A program made the translations under genes and the position numbers. 64,000 bases of DNA from Pirellulales bacterium (GTDB lineage Bacteria; Planctomycetota; Planctomycetia; Pirellulales; PALSA-1355), in the NCBI GenBank assembly GCA_963733035.1, contig CAVTBU010000006.1, forward strand, positions 352,001-416,000. Direction: 5' to 3'. Below, one piece after another: positions 38,232 through 46,867 of the stretch (position 1 is its first letter; every line of letters starts with the position of its first letter). The notes under the pieces are model-generated. The model was not told the DNA's origin. It made no database searches and saw only the letters and a program-made list of their open reading frames with translations.

Positions 38232-39038
38232 TTAGCGGAAGTTCAACCACAAGTCATCGACGTCCTTGCGCAGCGAAACGACTTCGTTGCGCAGGGACTC
38301 GACTTGTGCCTTGAGTTCCTCCACGGTTTCGCGTACAGCATCGTCGGCATGTTTTTCCGCGCCTACGCGGGCCGCATGCAATTCTGCGGCTGGCGATGTA
38401 GGTGTCAAATGTCGTGCATGCGCGGATGATGCCTCGGGTGAGCTCGAGCGGTGCGCCACCGGTTCGCTTGTCGGCGATTGGCCACCGAACTCGCGGTGCA
38501 ACTTTTCCATCTCGCGAGGCTGATAGAGATTGTGCGTGACCACATGGCCGCGACCGGTGGGAGTGAGCGAGACGACGAGCCCCTTGGCGTGCAGCGATTG
38601 CAGGATCGGCCGTAGCGCGTTCACGTCGGCCAGCGGCTCCATGCGGGCCGCTCGTCCCCGTAGTTCGCCCTCGGTTTGCGCTCCACGCAGCAGGAGTTCG
38701 GCCATGACGGCCAACTCCGCTTTGTCGACTCCCAGCCACTCGTACATGTAGTGGCGAAACCGCGGTACGCGTCCGCCGCCTTGCACTTCGGCCGCGGCAC
38801 CATATTCACGCAGCCGCTCAAGCGACTCCTCAACGTCTTCGGGCTCAACTTCCATCAACGGGAAGCGATTGTTCTTCTGGTTACAGCCTGTGCGGAGCGC
38901 ATTGAGCGAGAGCGGGTAAGCCTCGGGCGTTGTCTTGGACTTTTCGACCAGCACGCCTACGACGCGGCGATCGATTGCTTCGAGAGGCCGCCATTTGCGT
39001 GCGGTGGATTCCGAGACGTCAGGAGCCGATTCCGACAT
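38232..39038 (-). CDS. DUF480 (YceH family) protein
   Basis: RVVGVLVEK..TTP..YPLSLNAL...CNQK.NR.P and LLLRGAQT.GELR. Confidence 0.9.
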   Translation of the reverse strand: MSESAPDVSESTARKWRPLEAIDRRVVGVLVEKSKTTPEAYPLSLNALRTGCNQKNNRFPLMEVEPEDVEESLERLREYGAAAEVQGGGRVPRFRHYMYEWLGVDKAELAVMAELLLRGAQTEGELRGRAARMEPLADVNALRPILQSLHAKGLVVSLTPTGRGHVVTHNLYQPREMEKLHREFGGQSPTSEPVAHRSSSPEASSAHARHLTPTSPAAELHAARVGAEKHADDAVRETVEELKAQVESLRNEVVSLRKDVDDLWLNFR

Positions 39039-39295
39039 GGCCGATTCTCCGCGTTGAGGATGGTATTGCGTGCAAAGCGGCCGCCGTGCCGCCTGGGAGC
39101 CGCCCAACTTGCGGCAATGTATGTTGCCATGCCGGGGGACACAACCCGCCGTTGCCAAACGTATAGCGTGCCAGAACCGCGGATGTAAAGTTCGGCAGCC
39201 GTAGCCGCAAATTGCCTTGCGTGCTACAAAGCTTACACGTGGCCGGGCCGTTCCGAGCAAAATGTCGGCGGCAGTCCAACAGGAAAGGCAGCCCG

Positions 39296-39844
39296 ATGCA
39301 TCCCAGCTCGAATCCGCGTCGCATTTTGATGTTCGTTGACGACGTCTACGAGGATCTTGAACTCTGGTACCCCAAGCTACGACTTGAGGAGGCCGGCTTC
39401 CGGGTAACCGTGGCGGGGCCGCATGCGGGACAGCGGTACTCAGGTAAACATGGCTATCCCTGCTGGTCTGACGCGGCCATCAGCGAGACGCAAGCTGGCA
39501 ATTTCGACGGCGTGGTGATTCCCGGTGGCTTCATGCCCGACAAGCTACGCCGCGACGCACAAGTGTTGAGCCTGGTGCGCGAAATCGCGGCTGCTGGTAA
39601 GTTGGTGGCTGCCATCTGTCACGGCGGGTGGATCGCCATATCGGCGGGAGTTTACCGCGGCGTGCGGGTCACTGGTTCGTTGGGGATCAAGGATGACTTG
39701 GTAAACGCCGGCGCCATTTGGGAAGATGCCGCGGTCGTAGTCGATCGCAACTTTATTTCCAGTCGCAAACCTGACGATTTGCCGGACTTTTGCCGTGCCA
39801 TTTTGGCGGTGCTGGATGCCGCTCCGAACTCGGGAGGAATGTAG
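39296..39844 (+). CDS. PfpI/DJ-1 family protein
   Basis: YEDLE, IPGG, AAICHG, VVVD.N.ISSR.PDDL. Confidence 0.92.
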   Translation: MHPSSNPRRILMFVDDVYEDLELWYPKLRLEEAGFRVTVAGPHAGQRYSGKHGYPCWSDAAISETQAGNFDGVVIPGGFMPDKLRRDAQVLSLVREIAAAGKLVAAICHGGWIAISAGVYRGVRVTGSLGIKDDLVNAGAIWEDAAVVVDRNFISSRKPDDLPDFCRAILAVLDAAPNSGGM

Positions 39845-39850
39845 GCAAAC

Positions 39851-40917
39851 GTGAACACGGATCTGATCGTCAGCGTGCTGGGCCTGTTGTCTGTGCCCCT
39901 ACTGGTCCTGCTTAACGCGTTCTTTGTAGCCGCCGAGTTTGCTCTCGTTGCGGTGCGTCGCACACGCGTCGACGAGATGGTCAATCATCGCCGCGTGGGA
40001 GCCGTTGCCGTTCGCGCCGCGATTGACCGACTCGACGATGCCATTGCCGCCACGCAACTCGGCATTACGCTGGCCAGCCTGGCCTTGGGTTGGGTTGGCG
40101 AGCCGATGGTCGCCAGGTTGATCGAACCTGCGTTTGTTTTTCTGCCTGAGGACAACGCCTGGATTGCGGCCCATACAGTCGCCACGGTTTCGGCCTTCGC
40201 GGCGATTACATTCCTGCACGTGATCCTGGGTGAACTGGCTCCCAAGGCCGTCGCCTTGCAGCGGCCGGACACGGTCAGCTTGTGGGTCGCTCAACCGCTG
40301 CTCTGGTTTTCGAGGATTGCCCGGCCATTCATCGTGCTCATGAACGGCGCCGGGAATCTCGTGGTGCGGCTGTTGGGATTTCATCCCATCAGCGGACACG
40401 AAATGGTGCATTCGATGGAAGAGGTGGCGTTAATTATCGAAGAATCGCGGCGCGCCGGCGTGCTGCCGCGTGATCAGGCTGAGTACGTCCACAACGTGTT
40501 CCGGCTACCCGCCAAAAAAGTGCGAGACTGCCTCGTGCCGCTGGAAAAGATGGCCGCCTTGGAACTGCACATGCCCGAGAAGAACATTCTTGAGCAGGTG
40601 CGCGCGGCGCTCACACACGGATGCCGGTTTACGAGGGCGACCCGGACAACATCGTGGGCATCGTGAACACGAAGGACTTGTTTCATCTGTTCAGCTTGCG
40701 GGGCATGGTCGTGCTGGACGACGCGATGTATCCGCCGATTTTCGTCGATCCAGACCGCCCTATCTCCGAAGTCCTGCGGCAGTTTCGCCGGCAGCGTCGC
40801 CCGATGGCGGTTGTCCGCGGCGAAGAGGGGAAGACGCTGGGCTTAATCACGCTCGAAGACATCGTCGAGGAGATCGTCGGCGAGATCGAAGACGAGCACG
40901 ACCCGCTACCTCGCTAG
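39851..40917 (+). CDS. Hemolysin-family CNNM/DUF21-CBS protein, frameshifted near 40605
   Basis: NAFFVAAEFAL, QLGITLASLALG, GELAPK; HTRMPVY...GLITLEDIVEEIVGEIEDE in the next frame. Confidence 0.9.
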
Positions 40918-41129
40918 CCCTCCGTTGGCGTCTCTACCCGCACGATCGGCATAAATTCGCTCGGTGCATGCATAGGGACTGCACATCGACTGTGCGCCAG
41001 GTAGGCACTGTATTCGCGAGAGCGAGTCAGAGAGTTCTACTTGGACCGTAAACGACTTTTTCTAAGTTGATTGTGGGTAACAGACTATGTGCGGTGCCGC
41101 GCCGTAGCGCAAGGCGTTTTTCCAAATCC

Positions 41130-41145
41130 TGGCATGCACCTTGCT
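41130..41145 (+). promoter_or_regulatory. Sigma-54 (-24/-12) promoter
   Basis: TGGCATGCACCTTGCT matches TGGCAY-N5-TTGCW; palindrome TGCAC-N7-GTGCG at 40980-40996. Confidence 0.75.
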
Positions 41146-41194
41146 AAACACGTGAATCACACTCGCAAGGGACGCGAGTCGAACGAAGTGGTGA

Positions 41195-41599
41195 ATGGAA
41201 GACCCAAACGTGAAGCGAGCCCGCCGCCCGCGGCCGCCGCAAAAGTGGCAGCAACTGCGCCGGTTGCCGCTTTGGCAGCGGCTGCGGCGGCAACCTCGCG
41301 ATAACGCAACGAAATTCAAAGCGTGGAGCTGGAACGTCACGTTAAACGTGAGATGGGATTCGTGGAAGCTAACCATTTCGCACAATTGCGTGACGCTCTG
41401 GATGGATGATGGTTGGTTGGCTACTCCTGGTTCGCCTCGGTTCGGCTGCCTTACCGCAGTCGAACCGAGGTACCAGGGAGTGCCGGCTCATGGCGAATCG
41501 CTGATGCCAGCGCACGCCGCCCGCGCAAGTTCAATCCTGCCACACCTGCGCAGGATCTCTGGTTTCCGCCTAACCAGAGAGACGCCCCACGCGACTTGA
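41195..41599 (+). other. Unresolved sigma-54-driven unit: either a 134-aa Arg/Trp-rich ORF or a non-coding RNA
   Basis: Longest ATG ORF downstream of the promoter; no recognisable motif. Confidence 0.3.
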
Positions 41600-41653
41600 G
41601 CGGGTTGATTCGTCGGCCCGCTCAGGTCGGGGTGGCGCGTCGATTCTTCCTAG

Positions 41654-43039
41654 CTACTCTTCGCCCAGGTAACGGATTCGTTTATTGATGTCGGTATTGA
41701 CCGAATGATAGGGCCGGAACAGGTTTCCCGAGTCAAATAGCGTTTCGCGAATGTGCTCGATATCGTCCGGGCCGATGGCGTCCGTGAAGATCGGCAGCAA
41801 GTACTCGATCCCCAGCGCCGACGGCCGCATGTGCTCGGGATCGTAAAACGAAGGATGCACACTGCGGGCATGGATATGTCCCCAGCGGTCGCGAAAGGCG
41901 TTGCCACCGATGCTATCGACGTAGAAGCCTCGCTCGTCGTTGTACTGCAGAATCGCCACCGCATCGTTTTGCCCCTCGAAGAGCATGTCCACGGCTTTGC
42001 CGCCAAGTTGTGCGGCATAAAAACGATCGAATGCCAACGGCCGTCCGCCACGTTGCGTATGACCGATCTTACGCGTGAAAACGACTTCGCTCGCCTCCTG
42101 ACCGCGACGCGAGTTGCGGAAGTAGTCGTCGCCAAGCGCTTCGATCAACTGCTCGCGCAGGCTCTCGGAGGCTCCGGTAAGTACCAGGTTCCCCGCGGGA
42201 TCCGTGCTGCGTCGTGCCGCACCCAGCGGCGCGCCTGTAGCGTCGACGATGCCTTCGCCACATACGATTACCACGTTCTTCTGTACGTCGTAGATTTCTT
42301 TCACTCGCTGGACGACCAGTTCCAAATTGATTGGTGCTTCCGGAATCAGCACCAGGTCGGGTTGGCCGTAGCTGGAACCCAGGGCAATAAACCCCGAGTG
42401 CCGACCCATCACTTCCACGATCGCGATGCGGCGGTGGCTTTCGGCCGTCGTGCGAACGCGCTCGAGGCCGCCGGCCGAGACGTACACGCTCGTGGCATAG
42501 CCCGGCGTGACATAGTTGATCATCTGCCCCGGATCCATGCTTATGGTCGAAGACTTCCGAATGTAGCGGTGCCCCGGCGATTCGCTGCACGGCACCCGAT
42601 CACATTCGTCGACTTCGCTCGCATAGTTCAGCCCCAAGTCATTGTCGATTGTTTTGGGGCAGAGCACCGTGGGAAGACGCTCGCAAAGCGGCTGCAAGCC
42701 ATTGAGCGTGCCGTCCCCGCCGATGCACAGCAGCCCTTCGATGCCGAGTCGGTTGAGATACCCGAAGATCAGCTGGAGCGTCTCTTTGTCGTTTGGATCG
42801 ACATAATCGCGCGAACCACCGAGGATCGTTCCGCCCTTCGTCGGGTCGAGTTCCGGAATCGCACTGAACAGCGGGTTCAGGTGCACGTGAGGTACACGGG
42901 GATTAAATAGACTGTTAAAGCCCTTGATCAGCCCCAAGACTTCGATCTTGAGTTGATTGGCCCGCACTACCGCTCCGTAGATGCTGGCGTTCAGAGCCGG
43001 TGTATCGCCGCCGGCGGTCAATATGGCAATACGCTTCAT
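41654..43039 (-). CDS. pfkA: 6-phosphofructokinase (PfkA family)
   Basis: TAGGDTPALN, GGTILG, IGGDGT, PKTIDND, EVMGR, GHTQRGG. Confidence 0.92.
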   Translation of the reverse strand: MKRIAILTAGGDTPALNASIYGAVVRANQLKIEVLGLIKGFNSLFNPRVPHVHLNPLFSAIPELDPTKGGTILGGSRDYVDPNDKETLQLIFGYLNRLGIEGLLCIGGDGTLNGLQPLCERLPTVLCPKTIDNDLGLNYASEVDECDRVPCSESPGHRYIRKSSTISMDPGQMINYVTPGYATSVYVSAGGLERVRTTAESHRRIAIVEVMGRHSGFIALGSSYGQPDLVLIPEAPINLELVVQRVKEIYDVQKNVVIVCGEGIVDATGAPLGAARRSTDPAGNLVLTGASESLREQLIEALGDDYFRNSRRGQEASEVVFTRKIGHTQRGGRPLAFDRFYAAQLGGKAVDMLFEGQNDAVAILQYNDERGFYVDSIGGNAFRDRWGHIHARSVHPSFYDPEHMRPSALGIEYLLPIFTDAIGPDDIEHIRETLFDSGNLFRPYHSVNTDINKRIRYLGEE

Positions 43040-43267
43040 GGAAGAAACTCAGGGGGAATCGTCGACCGCGGCGACCGATCTGCTTTCGGCGCGCAGCATC
43101 TCAAAGAAAGGTGACTGTGTGCAAGTGTAGTGCCACGGGCACGCCAGCCAGCATCGAGATGGGAGTCTTGCACTTGCATGCCGCGTCGGTCCCGCATGCG
43201 GGCAGTCCGCCGCAATCGACTGGGCTGGCGCCGGCCGCGTATCTGTAATTTCCTGTCGGACAATGTG

Positions 43268-43963
43268 TTATCGCGACGTCACCTTGAGCGGCGTCCCGTT
43301 ATCCTTGGGCCCGATCTGCAGGATGAACGGCACGGCCCGTTTCGCCCAGTCGGCGACGTTCTGGTATGAGCTTGCCGATTCGCCCCACGCAACTCGGAGC
43401 ATGTCGGTGTCAATGATGCCTGGATTCAGGGCCACGGCTGCCATCCCGACGGGCAATTCCTGAGCCAGCGCTTGCGACAGTCCTTCGATGGCCCATTTCG
43501 TCGCGCAGTAGGGGGCTACCTCAGGCGACGTCGAGCGACCCCATCCCGAACTGAAATTGACGATCACGCCCGTCCCGCGTGCCACCATGCTGGGCACAAA
43601 GTGCCGAATTACGTTGGCGACGCCCTTGATGTTCACGTCGACGAGGGCGGCGAATTCTTTGGCCGAGATTTCCCACAGTGGGGCGGGCTCGTTCATCAGT
43701 GCGGCATTGTTGACGACCAAGTCGACGGCGCCGGCACTTTCGAGAACGTCCTGCGCCGACTCGGCCACGGCAGCATCGTTGGCCACGTCCACCGCGTCAA
43801 AACGATGTGGCGCGGGCCAGAGGTTGCGCAGTTCAGCGAGGCTCTGCTGGCGGCGAGCACAACCGAAGACGGTATTTCCCGCTTCGATGAACCCACCCGC
43901 CATGGCGAGGCCCAAACCGCGGCTTACACCCGTCACGACAATTCGTCTATTTTGCCCCGACAT
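43268..43963 (-). CDS. SDR-family oxidoreductase
   Basis: TGVSRGLG, NNA, SSG, YCATK, PGIIDT. Confidence 0.93.
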   Translation of the reverse strand: MSGQNRRIVVTGVSRGLGLAMAGGFIEAGNTVFGCARRQQSLAELRNLWPAPHRFDAVDVANDAAVAESAQDVLESAGAVDLVVNNAALMNEPAPLWEISAKEFAALVDVNIKGVANVIRHFVPSMVARGTGVIVNFSSGWGRSTSPEVAPYCATKWAIEGLSQALAQELPVGMAAVALNPGIIDTDMLRVAWGESASSYQNVADWAKRAVPFILQIGPKDNGTPLKVTSR

Positions 43964-44100
43964 TGGCACCCTCTCGAATATGGACAAATTTGGCTTAGGG
44001 CATTTAACCGCTTTGAGTTGCACCCCACAGGATACAATCTGCGCGTTGCGGTGACGAACAAGGTCTTGAGTAACTACACAGGTTTGGAATCGACTCGCGC

Positions 44101-44634
44101 ATGGGAATCTTGGCTGGCATTCTGTTCGTTGTGGTGCTCGTCCTCTCCTGGTTCGCTCAGTTGGTCGGCTTGCCGGGTAACTGGACGATCGTGGCCGTGA
44201 CGGCTCTCTATGCGTGGCTGCTGCCGGGCGAACATCTAACGGCGGTCGGCTGGCGCTCGGTTTTGTTTTTGGTCGCGCTAGCCGTGTTGGGCGAAATCGT
44301 CGAATTTGCTGCCGGGGCGATGGGCGTCTCCACCGCCGGCGGAAGTCGCCGCGGCGCAGTACTCGCTATCGTCGGATCCCTGGTCGGCGGCATCGTCGGC
44401 CTGTTTGTTGGATTGCCAATTCCGATCGTCGGTTCGCTGGTCAGCGCCGTCTTGTTTGGGGGCTTAGGGGCGCTGGCCGGTGCCATGCTCGGTGAAACCT
44501 GGAAGGGGCGAGATTTCGAGGCCAGTCTGGAAGTCGGCAAGGCGGCCTTCGTTGGTCGAATCCTGGGGACGGTCGCCAAAATGGTCATCTGCACGCTGAT
44601 GGTTGTCGTGGCGCTGGGAGCGATGGTGGTTTAG
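44101..44634 (+). CDS. DUF456-family membrane protein
   Basis: LPG, GGSRRG..AIVG..VG, P.P.VG, GAMLGE; hydrophobic. Confidence 0.82.
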   Translation: MGILAGILFVVVLVLSWFAQLVGLPGNWTIVAVTALYAWLLPGEHLTAVGWRSVLFLVALAVLGEIVEFAAGAMGVSTAGGSRRGAVLAIVGSLVGGIVGLFVGLPIPIVGSLVSAVLFGGLGALAGAMLGETWKGRDFEASLEVGKAAFVGRILGTVAKMVICTLMVVVALGAMVV

Positions 44635-44672
44635 AGGGCAGCGGGACAAGGGGAAAGTACGATGGCGACTTG

Positions 44673-45527
44673 TTATTTCACCGGCTGATTGTTTGTCGGT
44701 TCCAGTTCACTAAGGAAGCGATCAACCGCGGCATAGAACTCGGGAGTTCGCGGGTCGTTGTGATCTCCGCCTGGGATGGTCACGAAGGTCTTCGGTTCGT
44801 TAGCCGCGGTGAAGAGCTGTCGCCCAATTTTGTAGGGAATGATCGTGTCCGCGTCGCCATGAAGCTGCAATAGCGGACCATGATAGTTACCAATCTTGGC
44901 CGCGGAGTTGAGCTGCGTCCGCATCAACAGCTTCACGGGCAAGATCGGATAGTGAAAGGCGGCGACGTCCGGCAGCGACGTAAAGGTGTTTTCCAACACG
45001 AGCCCCCGAGCGCCGTCGCGAGCGGCCAGGTCGACCATGACGCCGCCACCCAATGACTCGCCCATTAGCACGATGTCGGATTCCTTGATTCCCGCTCGTC
45101 GGGCAAGCCAGCGGCGGGCGGCGCGCGCGTCGTCGAGAATACCGGCTTCCGATGGCGTTCCTCCGCTGCGCCCATACCCGCGGTAGTCGAAAATCATCAC
45201 CGACACGCCCAATTGCGAAAGATGCTCGAGCAGTTCATACCGATGACTGAGGTTGCCGGCATTGCCATGCGCAAACAGGGCCACGGCGCGCGGCGTCGAG
45301 TGCGGCACGTACCATCCGTGTAACTGCGTACCGTCGGATGCCTCGAACCAGGCATCTTCAAACTTGAGGCCAGGTGGATTCCAAATGCCCTCGGGGTAGA
45401 CCGACGGAAAGTAAATCAGCGAGTTTTCCATAGTCACCATATAGAGCAGGAACAGCAGGTAGATACCCAGGGGAGCCAGAACCCAGCGAAGTCGCCGTCG
45501 CATGCTGCTTCGTGAGGACGTGGGCAT
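44673..45527 (-). CDS. Alpha/beta hydrolase (ABHD13/BEM46-like)
   Basis: HGNAGN, DYRGYG, GESLGG nucleophile elbow, HGDADTIIP, GGDHND. Confidence 0.92.
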   Translation of the reverse strand: MPTSSRSSMRRRLRWVLAPLGIYLLFLLYMVTMENSLIYFPSVYPEGIWNPPGLKFEDAWFEASDGTQLHGWYVPHSTPRAVALFAHGNAGNLSHRYELLEHLSQLGVSVMIFDYRGYGRSGGTPSEAGILDDARAARRWLARRAGIKESDIVLMGESLGGGVMVDLAARDGARGLVLENTFTSLPDVAAFHYPILPVKLLMRTQLNSAAKIGNYHGPLLQLHGDADTIIPYKIGRQLFTAANEPKTFVTIPGGDHNDPRTPEFYAAVDRFLSELEPTNNQPVK

Positions 45528-45708
45528 CGTTTTGCGCGATCTGATCCGCGTTCGACAAAGGGACCTCAGCCCTCAAATGTTCGGTTCCGTTCTCGCAAGG
45601 CCAGTTCATTGCGTCGGACACGCGGGCCCATACTGTGCGGAAAAACAAAAACAGCCGGGCGCCCAAAGGGCGCGACGGCTGTGTGAGCGAGGACACCTAG
45701 TACGTTAT

Positions 45709-46434
45709 TTAGATCCGCGGCTGACGTGACGTCCTTCGCCGACGTCGCACTGCGGGGATGGCCACCGCAATCGTACCGAATCCAAGCAGCACGCACGTTG
45801 CTGGCTCGGGCACGATCTCCACGTGGGCACCGATGACGCCCGCGAAGAACGGCCCAGGAGGTACAATCGTATTCAAATTCATCGTATACAGATCGCCGCC
45901 AATCAATTGGGGAGCGACCGGATTGAGCGTAATGTTGCTCATGTTTATTTTACGGCCCGCGCCGATGGTACCGCTGATCACGCCGCTGACGCTAAAGACA
46001 CCCGACCCTTGCGACACTCCAACCGTGTCGGTGCCATAGTCGGTAATCGTTACGTCAAACGTGAATGGAATCGAGAGAACTTGATACGGCGTGGCATTTA
46101 CTACCAAGACGTCGATTTGACCAAAGACGATATCCGTTCCGCCATCGATACCGACCAGATTTTCCGAGCCGAGCGGCGGTGGAAGAATAGGGCTTGATGC
46201 TAGACCGCTGAACTGAATCGGCGTGCTGTTGACGGCGCTGGTCATAATCGTCACGAAGTCGGTACCGTTGTTCGTGATCGAATTCGGCACCGGCGTCATG
46301 GCACCAATTGTCGCAATCGTGGAATACTGGAAGTATTCAGCCGATCCTTGGCGGCAATATCCCGCAAGGGCTGCCAGCAGCACACAACCGCCAGCGATTC
46401 GCGGGAACAAAGATCGTAAGGGGGGGAAAGGCAT
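45709..46434 (-). CDS. PEP-CTERM sorting-domain surface protein
   Basis: Signal peptide; C-terminal VPEP, TM helix, then RRRRR. Confidence 0.92.
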   Translation of the reverse strand: MPFPPLRSLFPRIAGGCVLLAALAGYCRQGSAEYFQYSTIATIGAMTPVPNSITNNGTDFVTIMTSAVNSTPIQFSGLASSPILPPPLGSENLVGIDGGTDIVFGQIDVLVVNATPYQVLSIPFTFDVTITDYGTDTVGVSQGSGVFSVSGVISGTIGAGRKINMSNITLNPVAPQLIGGDLYTMNLNTIVPPGPFFAGVIGAHVEIVPEPATCVLLGFGTIAVAIPAVRRRRRTSRQPRI

Positions 46435-46762
46435 ATTCTTGTTCCTGAATTAACGTATCAATCAAATCCGCAGGTGTTCGTCTCTATGTGAATCACGCCG
46501 GGAGCGCGCAACAGCGCGCTCGCGAGCGGTGGAAAGTTCGCTCTGCATGCAGACCAAGTGAAGGGGCGAATTCCGTCACGAGACGGATGCGCACAAAATC
46601 ACCTGGACAACAGAATCAAAGTGGAGATGAGAGCCCCGGGAAGGGAAATTCGACCAACGCGGGTTCCGGGCCGCGGTGGAGGAGGCTCTCAATTCAGAAT
46701 CATTAGCTCTTGGTTACCGGCAGAGTAATCACGGTTGCCTGGAATGCCTCGGTAGTGTCTCT

Positions 46763-46790
46763 ACTCTAGCGAGAACTTGGGTTGTGTCAA
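46763..46790 (-). promoter_or_regulatory. Putative sigma-70 promoter for the PEP-CTERM gene
   Basis: Minus strand TTGACA-N16-TAGAGT. Confidence 0.45.
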
Positions 46791-46867
46791 GCAATGTGGC
46801 GGATTTTTTTTCGGATTTCGCTAGCACAACTGGCGCTGGCCCAAAAACCTCGGGAAAAACCGCGGAT

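Noticed and set aside
41150..41650. tmRNA, SRP RNA, RNase P or 6S RNA in the gap
   Set aside because: No tRNA-like ends, SRP loop motif or RNase P conserved boxes seen.
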